Origin: Felis catus
Taxonomy: Eukaryota
Assembly: GCF_018350175.1 (NCBI RefSeq)
Contig: NC_058373.1
Coordinates: 113,028,001 to 113,092,000 of the forward strand
DNA: 64,000 bases
Reading direction: 5' to 3'
Shown piece by piece: positions 1 through 14,753 of this stretch. Numbering within the stretch: the stretch's first letter is position 1; every line of letters starts with the position of its first letter. Both the position numbers and the translations under genes were made by a program. Under the pieces are notes generated by a model that was not told the origin of the DNA, ran no database searches, and saw only the letters and a list, made by a program, of their open reading frames with translations.

Positions 1-765
1 GCTGTGACTCCTTACCATATACTAAGTTTTAGAGTCTGTGGTCTGTGCGGTCCTCTGAATTTCTGACATTGTTACTTGAACAGGTATTTACTGGGCATTC
101 TCTTTATGATATGTGTTGTGTTAAGCACTAGGGAGTATAAAAATAAGACCAGACTCCTGTCTTTAATGAATTTAGAATCTAATGAGGAGAAACCAACTGG
201 GGAAGAATAATCATTCATTTTCTTTGCTCTGTCTCCCAATAGAATGAACACTCCAAGGGAAATGACCAAAATGGAATTTTAAATGGCTTAATATCAGGTT
301 GCAGAAATTTTTCTGAGAGTAAGAGATTAGATTGAGAAAGACAAGTATGCTAATAGTCCAAGCATGAAAACCCTGACCCAGATCACCTGGCCCAGTCTCT
401 CTTGCATGAACTATAATCACCCTCTCCCTGATGATCTGTTATGGTGAATATGGACACAGCCTTACAATTTTTATGCTGAGAGTTTTAATTTCAGATCATA
501 ATTTTGTAGAATAGCATTGAGGCAAAAGTTACATTATTCATTATTAAATTTGATTTTTAATATCCAGTAAATATTATAATTAGAGGAAGAGTTCAGACTT
601 TTATTTTTCTGGAAATATGCATACTCCTAGATTTTTAAAATCAAAATTAAGTATAGCACTACAGTAACTCCCACATAAATTTCTGCTTAGGTGTAATGAG
701 AACTTAAATAGGCTGAATTTGCATTACATACAGTCAATATATAAAACTTAAGAATAGCCTAATGT

Positions 766-972
766 GGGGTGCCTGGGTGGCTCAGCTGGTTAGGCATCTG
801 ATTTTTTATTTTGGCTCCTGTCATGATCTCATGATTCATGGGTTCGAGCCCTACATTGGGCTCTGTGCTGAGAGCACGGAGCCTGCTTGGGATTCTTTCT
901 CTTCCTTTCTCTCTGTCTGTGCCCTGGTCATGCTTTCTCTGTCTCAAAATAAATAAATAAATAAGGAAATAA
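766..972 (+). mobile_element. CanSINE
   Basis: tRNA-derived head, (CT)n, A tail, TSD aatagcctaa. Confidence 0.9.
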
Positions 973-1516
973 AATAGCCTAACGTAATTCTGATAGTTCT
1001 CATTTTAATGAAAAAGAAGGCAATCTAATTATAAGGTGTTTATGTGTAAGTCACATAATTATAAAGAGAGAAGTTAAAATTTGGATATAAGACAGAAAAG
1101 TCTACCAAAATTCTTGTGAAAATGTAATTCTGGTGACTTATGTAGCTTGCATCTGTTCTCCTGCTTGTTGGTCTAGTGGTTTACCTCATATTCTAGGTAG
1201 GTTTAAGAAGTCTGTGACAAGGTGTTTGTTGGACAGAAGATTGGCTGGCATTTAGGAATATTATCTGAAAACTCTGCTTTTGCTGAGTCGGCATGTCCTC
1301 TAACTAATCTATTTACTGAAGTGATGTTCAACTCAAGGAGGAAGCAGATTTATTATTGTAAATATTTTTAAAATCTTGAGCAGAGAAGACTAATTAGATT
1401 TAATGTGTGGGTTTACACATATACAAACAGTCTGCCTGTTTATGCCTAAGAAATAGCTTGATGAAAAGCCAGTGTCATCCATGAAATATTTTTCTTGTCT
1501 AAAGTATGTTGAAGGA

Positions 1517-1715
1517 GGGGCACCTGGGTGACTCAGTTGGTTGAGTGTCTTGACTCTTGATTGCAGCCCAGGTAATGATTCCAGGGTCATGGGATCAAGC
1601 CCCGTGTCAGTCTCTGCACTGAGCTTGGAGCCTGCTTAAGATTCTCTTTCTCCCTTTGCCCCTCTCCCCAGCTCCAGCTATCCCTCTCTCTAAAAATAAA
1701 AAATAAAAATAAAAA
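1517..1715 (+). mobile_element. CanSINE
   Basis: Head, (CT)n, A tail; TSD tatgttgaagga. Confidence 0.9.
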
Positions 1716-1965
1716 ATATGTTGAAGGATTTTTAAAATAAGAGAATCAAATTTATACTAAGAATTAGTATACATATATATATTCTTTAGTTTTAAAACTT
1801 ACATACACTATCTCATTTAAAACTCAGAATAATCCTATGAATAAATTTTCCAAAGGAATCTAAGGTTCAGAGAGAGAAACTGACTAGTCTTAAGTCTTAA
1901 AGTTAGAGGAAGTGGCAGAGTCAATTAAAATTCAGTTTTCTGGTCTATAAGTCCTGTATCTTCTT

Positions 1966-2172
1966 CTTTTTTTTTTTAATCTTTATTTATTTTTGAGAGA
2001 GACAGAGTGCGAGTGAGAGGAACAGAGAGAGACGGAGACACAGAATCTGAAGCAGGCTCCCGGCTCTGAGCTGTCAGCAAAGAGCCTGACGTGGGGCTTG
2101 AACCCATGAACTATGAGATCATGATCTGAGCCAAAGTCAGACGCTCAACTGACTGAGCCACCCAGGTGCCCC
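1966..2172 (-). mobile_element. CanSINE
   Basis: Reverse head gagccacccaggtgcccc. Confidence 0.9.
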
Positions 2173-2931
2173 AAAGTCCTATATATTCTTATTTGCTGTA
2201 CAGTGTGACTTTAAAGTTTTTTTGAGCAGTGACAGATACTACCATTTTCTCTGAATGAATCTTTGTAAAAAATTAACTTTTAATTCTTTTTTTAATGTTG
2301 ACTGGTTGTGAATACTGATAACCCACATATATTTTTTCACTTAGTGTGGTTTTATCCTATAGATGCCTTAGCTGCTAATTAAAAGTTTCTTTTTCATTAG
2401 GTATCTCCTGCATCTCATGAACTCCTAAAAGTTAATTGTCCTCCATAATACTGCCTTAATCTCAAGTGAGCCACTAATATCGTTTGCTATATGCCAGTTT
2501 CTTTAGCAGTTAACTAGGAAGTTATTTCAATCTTGTGTATTAATTGAGTATAAAGTACTGTACAAAGATGTACAGTATAGTATATAGTATGGTACAACTA
2601 TACAGAGATGACTAAAACATCTTTATACCTTAAGCAACCTATTCTCTACTAGACTAGTACCTAAAACTTTCTTTCTTTCCCGCTTTGCTAAACTTTGCAA
2701 TACATGATTTTCCTCAGCTATAAAAAAATGGTATGCTTCAAATTCCTGGGAGAAGATTTTTTTTAATATTTGATTTCCTCAGCATTATCTGTAAAATGAA
2801 AAGAAAGTAATATGTATAGCCAAATGTACACTTATGAGCTACTGTATTGTGCATAGATTGGAAGTGTGCTGTGTAAAATCTGTTTTTATATTGTAACTCT
2901 TACACTTTTTTTCCCCCATTTTTCCCCTTAG

Positions 2932-3466
<535 letters not shown>

Positions 3467-4395
3467 TAAATACAGCAGAATTATGGAAAATGTTTTCTTT
3501 GTTTCTCTTGCCTTAACATAAATGTGTACAGGAAGAAAGAGGGATTGTTTACTTTTAGTTACATAGAGCTAAAGCACATGGCTTAAACATTCAGTCACTG
3601 CAACATGGTTTTTAAATATAATCTTTGAATTAAAAATTTCTACATGTAGCATAACATAGCCTTGAAACTCACCTTTTATTTCAAACTTTTATGTCAAAAT
3701 TACTGAAAAGCAGTTTTCAGATTTTGAATTTCTGATTTCCTTATAGTTTGTAAAATAGTAATAAAATTAACATCTGTAGCTTATAATCTATTTGATTTTC
3801 TTTAATGACTGCCAGTAAGAAGAACTGGAGCTGTTCATATGGCATCATACACATAAAACATGGCTCAGAATTTCCGAATTCCATTCTGTGAAAAAACCAA
3901 AAAACTAATGGTATGAGATATTAATAGAGGTAAACAAAACAGAATTCTGTGACCAAATAAATTTTGACAACAGTGGGTTAAATAAATTAAACCTCTTATT
4001 ATAGGACTTTCTTTAGATCCTTTAGAGTACTAATAGGCATTCTGAATCTACAAGAGAGATTGACATCAGATGTATGTTTCCAAACTTAGAATATGTGATC
4101 ATTGAACTTACTGCCCTCCCTTCCTGCACACCAATCCCATTATTTTTTATTAAAATATTCTGGTAAGTATTCTCTATGATTCGGAGAATATTTACATTGA
4201 GAATATATTGAGAATATACATTTACATTGTATTACATTGTAATATATCCAGCCTAAGCCTGGATTGGTTTTTCCTTTTTTTGTTTAAATTTCTTTAAGAT
4301 TAAAGTATTTGTCCATTTGCTTGAGGTAGATCAGGCATAATTGTCCATCTAATAGGTAATATTCATGTAATCTCAGTAAAGAAACAAATACATGT

Positions 4396-4625
4396 GGGGC
4401 GCCCGGGTGTCCTAGTCGGTTGAGCGTCCGACTTCGGCTCAGGTCATGATCTCACAGTTCTTGGGTTCAAGCCCCGCGTTGGGCTCTGTGCTGATAGCTC
4501 GGAGCTTGGAGCCTGGAGCCTGCTTCGGATTCTGTGTCTCCCTCTCTCTCTGACCCTCCCCTGCTTGCACTCTGTCTCTCTCAAAAATAAATAGATATTT
4601 AAAAAAATTTACAAAAAAAAAAATA
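4396..4625 (+). mobile_element. CanSINE
   Basis: Head, (CT)n, A tail. Confidence 0.9.
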
Positions 4626-5064
4626 AACCCACTGTTTCACATATTTTAAAGTAGTTCAAAATGTAGTACCAGGTATCTGTAATTCAGTTCTTGACTAGGA
4701 GAAAATATTTAACACTTTGAGAAGTAAGTAGTAAATTTAATGTTAATAGACCCAACACAAATGTGTTAATTCTAGGAAACATGAAAAGTTAGTGTAAGTT
4801 ATAGAGTTATTGCTATTTAAAGTTTCAGTTTTTGAATATATTAAATTTTAATTTTTCATTTTAAAATGAAGTGTAATAGCTTTGTACCAAACATTTTTTC
4901 CTGTGCATAATTTGCTAACTCATCAAACTACAACAGAAGTACTCCCTTAAAGTTTTATGTGTTTCCCTGCCAATATTTTGATTAATAAACACATGCCAGG
5001 AGGCACCTTCTCAGCCTTTTTCAGCCAGAAACAGCCACCTTGTTTTAAATGAGGGAAGGATGGG

Positions 5065-5252
5065 ACAACCAGTTTATTTCTTTGAGAGGGAACCCTCAGT
5101 TTCCAGTGATACATCATCTTTTATCTGTGAGTAGAGAAAATACTATTTTAAGAATTGAACAACTAATTTATTTCTTTGAGAGGGAGCCCTCAGTTTCCAG
5201 TGATACATCATCATTTATCTGTGAGTAGAGAAAATACTATTTTAAGAATTGA
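5065..5252. repeat. 94-bp tandem duplication (2 copies)
   Basis: 5065-5158 vs 5159-5252, 4 mismatches. Confidence 0.95.
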
Positions 5253-6616
5253 AAACATGATTGGAAAAGTTGGTAACTTAGTTGTCTGATAGTGGTTTTT
5301 AATGAAAGGATTTATAAATTAGACACTGTATAATAATAAAAGTGCAGGGATGGAATTAATAGAAAATATTCCAAAAGGTTGAACTGAATTTTCTTGTTTA
5401 GAAGCAGTCAGAATCTTACTGAAAATTAGAAAATAGTGATGTGGGAATTTAATTTCAAATAAATGATCAATATTAATATTATAAATTATAAGAATTTTGA
5501 TATATTAGGGAAGATTTCCTTAAGATTGAGATGAGCTATTAAAACTTGCTTTGCTACGAATAAAATCTGATTGTTCTCTTCATAAGCAAAACAAACTACT
5601 TTGTGAGAGAAATCCTGAGAAAATAACAGAAAGCAGGTTAGAGTAGAATGAAGTACAGTAAAATCATTTTCAGATACCTGTAATTTACAGGTGCCACTGG
5701 TTTTTTTTGTTTTTGTATTCACACAGAAGTAATTTTTGGCCAAGGTTGTAGACAAGTAAATACAGTAGAATATTTAGAGGGAATAAAGTCATCTATCACA
5801 TATGAAGAGACCTTAGGAAAGGCACACCCACCCACCCAAACACACCCACGGTGAGTTATCTGTTTTGTGGTTAATAAGGAGACCCTTGAGATTTGTGAAG
5901 AGGGGCTAATTCACACCAAATGTTGTTAGTATGAAGATAAAAGATACGCCAAGGGGCAGAAAACTAAGGATGAATAAAATATTTCATTATATTAATAATA
6001 GCATGTTTCAGTTTTGATTAGTATCTGCATATTTTTGCCACGTGTCTGAATATTCAGCTATGAAGCCAATAGTATTCCTGTATTTGATGTTACAAAGTAA
6101 AATATCTCTTCTACATTTCTTTCTGATGTTATTTGGCTTCTGACTGACCATGGGATATACTAGAACTTTGTTAGATTGTGATAAGCTTTTTTAAAGATTG
6201 GCTTTTAGCAACATTTACTTAAAGCCAACAAACAAACTTCCAGTGCCAATAAACCTTGAGTTCAGCCTACTTCTGAGAAGCTAATTATTATTAAATTTTT
6301 GCTCAGCTGTGGTAGATATTACCAAGCTCTTTTAGCCATTCTTTGAGGAACTTTTTTTTTCTTTGAGTGACATGATTAGACTTATTGGTACTAGATTTAA
6401 TGTTTAACATGTTGGGTCTATTTGAACCCAACACATTCTCATGTGTTCAGATTGCTAAAATTAGAACTAATCTAACATAAAGAATAGAAAATTCATTAGG
6501 ATATGAGGATAGACATGTAATGTTTGATGGTTAAATAAGCATCATTCTACTGAAGAATAATTAAGTGTTACCAGTCTTTGATACAATGCATCAAAAACTT
6601 CATTTTACCTATTAAG

Positions 6617-6824
6617 TGGCACCTGGGTGGCTCAGTTGGTTAAGTGTCCGACTCTTGATTTCAGCTCAGGTCATGATCTCACAGTTTGTGGGATTGAGCC
6701 CTGTATCAGGCTCCACATTGACAGTGTGGAGCCTGCTTGGGATTCTCTACCTCTCTGCCTCTTTCCTGCCCCTATGTGCACACTCGTGCTCTCTCTCTCC
6801 CAAATAAATAAAACTTTTAAAAAA
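6617..6824 (+). mobile_element. CanSINE
   Basis: Head, (CT)n, A tail. Confidence 0.9.
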
Positions 6825-7078
6825 TTAATAGATTTTAGCTTTTTCTCCTCTTACAAAGACTTGCATCATTGTGTCATGATATGTTCACATCACTGAGTAT
6901 TGGAAAGGGGTGTCTGGAGTAAGATGTAGAGTTTAATACTTATCTTCATTTAATTGCTGTTGACACTAGACAGGTTACTTTTCTGAGCCTCCACTACAGT
7001 TTCTGGATTTTCTTGAGGACCAAGTGAAAAAATGTAAATACATATTTGGCACACTGAAGGTTTGACTGAAATTTAACT

Positions 7079-7295
7079 TTGTCTTTTTAATTCAAGTTAG
7101 TTAGCATACAGTGTAGCATTGGTTTCAGGAGTAGAACCCAGTGATTCATCATTTACATATAGCACCCAGTGTTCATCTCAACAAGTACCCTGCTTAATGC
7201 CCATCACCCATTTAGCCCATCTCCCCATCCACCTCCCCTCCAGCAACCCTCAGTTTGTTCTCTGTATTTAAGAGTGTCTTTTGATTTGCCTCCCT
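7079..7295 (-). mobile_element. 5'-truncated carnivore L1 3' end
   Basis: cacccagtgttcatc...ccctcagtttgttctct resembles the L1 ends at 30822 and 52245. Confidence 0.8.
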
Positions 7296-7399
7296 AGAAC
7301 TTAACTTGTATCAGAATTAGAAGCCACCAGAGATCCTTTAACTTTCTAGTCTGTGAAATTAATTTGTTGATCTTAACTGGTAAATTTTCATTTTATTTT

Positions 7400-8100
7400 T
7401 TAAAATAAAAAATTTATTAAGATACTCATATACCATAAAATTCACTATTTTAAACTGTGTAATTCCTCAGTTTTTAGTGTATTCACAAAATTGTGCAACC
7501 ATCACCACTCTATAATTTCAGAGTGTTTCCATAATCGCCAAAAAGAAACTGTACCCATTAGCGGTCACTCCCTAGTCTTCTCCCAACAGCCCTAATCTAC
7601 TTTCTGTCTGTAGATTTGTTTATTCTGGAAATTTCCTATAACTCAGTCATATAATATGTCCTCTTTTGTGACTAGCTTATTTTTACATAGCATAATATTT
7701 TCAGGATTCATCATGTTATAACACAAACTAGTACTTCATTCCTTTTTAATGGCTGAATAATAGTCCATTGTATGGATATATGCCACATTTTGTTTATCCA
7801 TTCATCTGATGATGGAACGGGTTGTTTCCACCTTTTGGCTGTTGTGAATAGTTTTATGAATATTCCTGTACAAGTTTCTGTTTCAACACCTGTTTTTAAT
7901 TCTTGGTGTACACCTAGGAGTGGAATTGCTGGGTTATATGGTAATTCTGTGTTCAAGTTATTGAGGAACTGCCTTACCTTCCACAGTATCTGCACTGTTT
8001 TACATTCTTACCAGCAGTGTATTGAGGGTTCCAGTTTAAGCTACATCATTGCTTCTGTTTGTATTATGTGTCTTTTAATTCTAGCCATCCTATCAGTAAT
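7400..8100 (-). mobile_element. Old L1M-type 3' region
   Basis: Minus ORF 7711-7995 resembles the L1 ORF2 C-terminus (ELPYNPAIPLLG, WINKMW). Confidence 0.8.
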
Positions 8101-8543
8101 TTTTAAAGAACTAGAATAAAATAGAAAATATTAAAGTATATTTCACATGAGTATTTATAAATCTTATATTTCAAATAGGTATGAATATGCTGGGTTGAAA
8201 TCAAATATGTACACTTTTTAATGGATTGGCAGCAAAGTTTGGGAAATACTATCCTAGTCAAACCCACCCATTTTATAGAAAGGCCCATAGACTTGAGATG
8301 GGTTGTCCAGTGACATGTAATGCAGCTAATAAGTGATCTAGCAGTAACTAGGACCCACGTATTCTCATCCCAGATCTGGGGCTTCAGTAACAGTTTTTCA
8401 TTGTCTTACCATATTTAGGGGTAAGATTTTTGCTGTGCTCTCTTAACTATTTTTGGCCTATATACTTAACTGGTATTTATTTTTAATTTGTAACCCAATT
8501 TGTTAATGAATATTGTTCAGGATCTTTCATGAGCTTCTGATTA

Positions 8544-8759
8544 TTTTTTAATTTTTTTTAATGTTTACTTATTTTTGAGAGAGAGCAAGCGAGCAGGAGT
8601 CAGGGAGGGGCAGAGAGAGAGGGAGACACAGAATCTGAAGCAGGCTCCAGGCTCTGAGCTGTCTGCACAGAGCCCGATGCAGGTCTCAAACTCACGCACT
8701 GCGAGATATGACCTGAGCCAAAGTCAGACGCTTAACCTACTGAGCCACCCAGGCGCCCC
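8544..8759 (-). mobile_element. CanSINE
   Basis: Reverse copy; TSD tgattatttttt. Confidence 0.9.
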
Positions 8760-8789
8760 TGATTATTTTTTAAAAAGTTAATTTTGACT

Positions 8790-9005
8790 GGGGCGCCTGG
8801 GTGTCTTAGTTGGTTAAGTGTCAGACTTTGGCTCAGATCATGAACTTGCTGCTCGTGGGTTCGAGCCCTGTGTTGTCAGGCTCTGTGCTGACAGCTCAGA
8901 GCCTGGAGCCTGCTTCAGATTCTGTCTTCCTCTCTCTCTGCCCCTTCCCTGCTTGCGTGTGCTCTCTCTGTTTCTCTCTCTCAATAAATAAACATTTAAA
9001 TAAAT
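8790..9005 (+). mobile_element. CanSINE
   Basis: Head, (CT)n, A tail; TSD attttgact. Confidence 0.9.
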
Positions 9006-11395
9006 TATTTTGACTTAGTCCACTGACAAACAGAATTCAAAGATCTGAACTTTGTATTCTTAAATTTGGAAAGAAAAAAGAAGTCTACTTCTATTTAAGC
9101 AAAGATTTCCTGAATGAATGTTCTAATTTTGATTCAGCGATAGATATACTGGAGCTGATACAGTTTCCTCCTACTCAGAAATATTAAGGTCTTCATCTGA
9201 ATATTCAGTTTGTACAGTTTAGGAGAAAAGAAATCTTAAAAAGTTTCAGAAAAAAGTCAAAAAGTTGGTTGAAATCTAGAAATTTCTGAGAATAGGTTAA
9301 AAGAATCTGTATTATTTAAGTAATGACATGTAAGAATCTTAATGCTAGAATAGATCTCTAGAAACTGTGTTTTTATGTGGGGTAAATGATAGCATAAGTA
9401 AAAATAAGCAGAGCTAATCCAGGGTTATCACCATTACTTCAAAACTTCTCCAGAGATGGAGATTCCTTAGCTTCTTTGGGTAATTTTATTGTTTACCCTT
9501 AAAGCCGAAAAATTCTCCCATATGGCTGCCTAGAGTCTTGGTGTTCAAAGATAGAATTTCAGATAGAGCAACTCTGGGTGATTGCTTTCTGTTGCCTATT
9601 TTAAATCTTCACTCTTTTACATTTTAGGCTACTAGCAGAGGGCTGAGGGGAAAGGAGAGGGTTCACGGGGTGAATTTGTGGATTTGTGTGTATGTTTGTA
9701 TTTATCTGATTAATTTTATTCCAGTGCCAAATGTAAGTAATTTTTCTTTTAGATAAATTAACATAAATTTTTGATTTATGTTAATCTTAACATAAATAAT
9801 TGATTTAAGTGTTACAAGAAACATTAGAGAACATGATGGAAACTTAAAACAATTTCTACTAAACATCAAGTGAGAAGAAATAGATCTAACTGTGGGACAA
9901 AGAATTTAAGTTAGATAAAGAACTTTCTTGTAGGGAAGCTGTAGCAGACTAGAATTTATCATCAAACCCAGATTTCCTATACCTGCCTTTGCCTTCTCCT
10001 CTGCAGTATCCCCTTTTCTGTCCTCCCTCTATCCTGCCTTATTGTGGTTATCTCTCTGCTACAGTATTCTCTTCTTTGTCCACTCCCCACTCTGCACCGA
10101 TGTCATTCTTTCTCACTAACCCTGTGATTCTCCATTTATCTATTTTTCTGTCCATGTGGCTTCTCCTTGTGTTTCCCCTTTGTCTGTCTCGCTGTTTATG
10201 GGAGTAGGGGAGGGAGTCTCTGTTCTCTGGATTCTGTCCTCTCTTTATTGTTTATCTTCATTGATAATTACAGAAGAGGGTACATATTTGACAAATGATT
10301 TAGTTGCATCCAATTGGATTTTTAAAATTCCTTCTGGAATTGTACAGAATGTTGAAGAACTTAGGTGGCTTTTTATTTGCTTTAAGTAAACAGATACAGC
10401 TTCCATCAGACAATGGAACATGTCTTTAACTGTATAGAAAATTAACTGTTCTTGAATGATATGTATTTGTAAAGTGCTTTTAAAGATGTACAATAGAGGA
10501 ACAAAGGGTTTTTTTTAACCTACAATTAACTACTGTGACCTTTGAAATTAAGAATGTTTATATGAAGACTTAAAATGTGAATATGTGTCAAAGTGAGAAT
10601 CCCTGAGTTGATGTTACCCACAATAATTTTTCATTAGACGTAATCTTTAATATCAAAGACCTTTGTCAAAATTCCATTGAAAATTTTCTAATAAAGAACT
10701 GAGTAAAGACCGTGAACCCATTTCATTTATCATGATCCATATTTTAAGACTAAAGTTGTAGGTATTTGTTGCTTCCTATGTGATTTTAAAACTTAACTGG
10801 ACAGAAACAGCATCATTTTTAATGTCTTTTAAATTGATAAACTTAAAAAAAAACCCCACTGATTTCATCATTGGGTTCTATTACTTATTATTTTCTCTTA
10901 AATATTCATTTGTTTCAACTGTGTGTAGTTTTAGTCCATATCTTCTTGTCAATCTACATATATTTAATGAAGTTTAAAAACTCCCTGAGTGTCTGCTAAT
11001 TTAAGCTGTTCTACTTGTTCACTGAACATTTTTAATGGAAACTTGGATTGGAAGGATAAGAGTACTTTGAGCAGCTTTCCTGCATAATATTATAAAAGTA
11101 GCATTTGTAGGGCAAGTAAACACATGCATTATATGCATTATATGTATGAACATTCACAAAGAGTTAACTAGAGGAAATTCCTTCTAAAGATACATGGTAA
11201 GATAGCTAAAATGTATGAGCTCCTCTGATTACTGACCTATGTGCATTACATGCTGCTGTATTGGGCAAAAAGACATTTCAGGACAGTTTTTCCAAAACAG
11301 ATAACCTAATCAAGCCCTAGAATCTAGGGAAAAAATTATCTTTTTTTATTTCTTTGGTGTGGTAGAAAAAGTACTGCCTTAGAAATTGAAGAAAT

Positions 11396-11583
11396 GGGGG
11401 CTCCTGGTTTGGCTCAGGTCATGTTCTCGCAGTCTGTGAGTTCAAGCCCCGTGTTGGGCTCTGTGCTTGACAGCTCAGAGCCTGAAGCCTACTTTGGTTT
11501 CTGTGTCTCTGTCTCTCTCTGCCCCTTGCGCTCTCTCTCCCTCTCTCTCTCTCCAAAATAAACATTAAAAAAAATTTTTTTTA
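11396..11583 (+). mobile_element. CanSINE (internal deletion)
   Basis: TSD ttgaagaaatg. Confidence 0.88.
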
Positions 11584-13473
11584 AGTTGAAGAAATGGATT
11601 CTTTATCTGGGTGCCATTTTTTACTGTATGGCTTTATATCCTCCAGAGATTTGATCTGAATTATATATGTCTCTAGTTGGGGGTTTGGGGGTTGTTTTTT
11701 TAAATTGGGAAATATTTCTGAGGGTTTTTATGAGAATTAAATAAAATAATGTATATGTACATAATTTGATATTCTGTATTTTACTATTCACTAATGGCAA
11801 TGACTAATATGGGCCAAATACATATTTGTAGGTTTTCAAAAAATGGTTAATGATGTTTAATTTTAAAAGCTGAGCTTAAGTGCAGGTGGTCTCAATTCAG
11901 TCTGGCAACATTCATAATGTAATAAGTCTAGAGATAGTTCCTAAGAAAAGATAATTTCAATGAAGACAGTTTTTACTAAACAAAAATGTGACTAGGACTT
12001 CAAAGAGGTGAGTGAAGTTGTAAAGAATGAAAAATAACAAGTTTAAATTGGTCTTGATGTTAGCCTAATAATCTTGAACCTTAGGCCTAGTTAAGTTTTT
12101 TTATATTTCTAGCATTGGTAAGATCCTTAGGTTCTCCCACAACATATTACTTAATGTAGGTAGCTACTAGGTCTTTTAGCCTGTTTGGGACTCTTGTATT
12201 ACGCTTTATAGCTTTCCTCTTCCTATAGACCTTACCTTGGTCCCTGACCTTCTGAGTGAAAGACATTTCCAGTTTGACTGAAAAGTGTTATTTTTCTCTT
12301 GGATTTTAAACTCTCCTAGGTGGTCTTTGTGGCTTTAGAACTCAATATGCACAAATTGGCCAGATTTCATCTTTCTCTGAACCTGCATTCCTTATGCTAT
12401 CCATTTTGGACTAACCACAAAATTTCCTATTTCCACAAAATTTCCTATCTGAGCAGTGTCTCAACTGTTAACTGCTGTCCTGAAATAAGGTCATTGATTT
12501 TAAGTTACATCTCTCATTAAGCCATTCCTAGTTTGAGGTACTCTACCTTACTTTCCCTATTTTTTCTTTATGGCATATGACTACAGTATCTTATTTTATA
12601 CTTACAGTATTCTAAATAAGAATTATATGCTGTGTTTACAATAGAAGCAAGAAGAGGGCAACAAAAGAAACCAATTGCCAATGAAGCAATAGAATAACTA
12701 TAAAAAACAGACACAAAACTCAATATAGCAATCAAGGTCATTTAGTATAGAAGAAAATAGGTTTGACTACCTTAGTACCCAGTATATCATGTCTTAAAAT
12801 ATTATAGTAACTGAGGTTAATAAAGCCTTTAAGTCTGTGGTTCTTAACCAGAAGGGTACATTATAATAAACTTAATACATATGTATTTATATTTATACTT
12901 CGTATATCATTAAAAAAGACACAGATTCTGATTGTGTTTGAGGTAGAACTCAGGACAGAAATTTATACATTCTTTTAGTAATTCTCATAAATATCCTCAA
13001 TTAAAATTATTGTTTTGTTAAAGCAAGAAAAGATAGTTACATTCAGTAAGTTCTGCGTAAGACTTAAGATACTTATATAATGAGTGTCATTCCAGTCATT
13101 AAGGGAAAAAACCTCTAATAGAAAAATAGGCAAAAGAGAAGCAGAAAAAAGATGAAAGAAGAAATACAAATGGCTGTTAACCTTGTGAAAATATATTCAA
13201 TCTCACTACTAGGCTAAGAAATATATTTTTTCCTAACCAGGTCACCAACAATGAAAAAATTAATTCTTATAATTTGGTCATTTGTAGGAATGAGCACTCA
13301 AGTTAATTGCTGGTAGGAGTATTAGTAACAGTCTGGAGGACAATTTGTCAATATGTATCAAAGTTTTAAATGTTGTTTTCTGATCAGTAATTTTATTTTA
13401 CGAATTCTAAAGAAATTGGAAAATACCAGATTGCAAAACATTTACTCTGTGACCTATACAGTTAGATCAGGAT

Positions 13474-13660
13474 TTTTTTTGTAATTTTTATTTATTTTTG
13501 AGAGAGAGACAGTGTGTGAGTGGGAGAGGGGCAGAGAGAAAGGAAGACACAGAATCCGAAGCAGGCTCCAGGCTCGGAGCTGTCAGCACACAGTTCTGAG
13601 CCATGAGATCATGAGCCGTGAGATCATGATGCTTAACCAACTGAGCCACCCAGGGGCCCC
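13474..13660 (-). mobile_element. CanSINE (rearranged interior)
   Basis: Reverse copy. Confidence 0.88.
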
Positions 13661-14541
13661 AGATTTAAAAGAAAAAAAAAAAAAATCTGAAAGGCAGTAT
13701 AACAAATTAACACCAGTAATTCTAGCTGGAAGATACAACAATAGAGTTTTGTTTGTTTGTTTGTTTGTTTTTTACAATGTCAGTATTGTTTATGGGTGAC
13801 TTTGGTACACAAAAGAGATTAATGCAAAAGTTCCTTTGCCTTTAAAAGTTTAAATATCTTGGGGTTGAAAAGACAATAGATGGTTATCTTTTGGGCTGAA
13901 TAAAGTTGTGTATTGATTTCAGGGAGCAGTGAGATCTGAAGCCCTTGATTTTTCTCATTGCCCCAACAGCCAGTCGGAGCTCTTAATTACTAAAATTTTA
14001 AAACAGGAATTTCATTATCCACCCAGTGAAATCTAAGATAGTCTCCCAAGTATCTTAACTACTTTGTTGGTTTTGTAATTCTTTTTCCTTTTTAATTAAA
14101 TGTTTTCCTGTTTTGCTCTAAAGATAGTTTAAGCCTATTGAATTCTTTATGCTCTTAGAAATTCTTTATTCGTTTAGTAATTCCATGGTGACCTCTTTGA
14201 ATTTGGTCGAATCTGATAGTCCATAACCTTTTTCTGCTCCCCCCAGCTTTATTGAAGTATATTTGACGAGTAAAATTGTATTTATCCAAAGTGTATAATG
14301 TGATAATTTGATGTATACATGGTTAATTAACACATCCATCACCTCAGTTACTGTGTGTAGTATGAGAATGCTTAAGATCTACTCAGCAAATTTCAAGTAC
14401 ACAATATAGTATTATTGACATAGTCATCATATAGATCCTCAGAACTTATTCACCTTAAAACCAAGTTTGTGCTCTGACCAACATCTCCCAGTTCCCTTTA
14501 CTTGTATTCTTTCTGTCTACTGTTAAAGATACCATCTTAAA

Positions 14542-14753
14542 GGGGCACATGAGTAGCTCATTTGGTTAAGTGTCCAACTTCAGCTCAGGTCATGATCTCA
14601 CAACTCATGGTTTCGAGCCCCACATCGGGCTCTGTGTGGACAGCTCAAAGCCTAGAGCCTGCTTCAGATTCTAGGTCTCCTTCTCTCTCTGCCCTTCCCC
14701 TTCTCGAGCTCTGTCCCTCTCTCAAAAATAAATGCACATGAAAAAAAAAAAAG
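14542..14753 (+). mobile_element. CanSINE
   Basis: TSD aagat(a/g)ccatctta. Confidence 0.9.

Noticed and set aside
1..2931. PALS1 promoter or upstream non-coding exon
   Set aside because: No CpG island or convincing exon; the promoter probably lies upstream of the window
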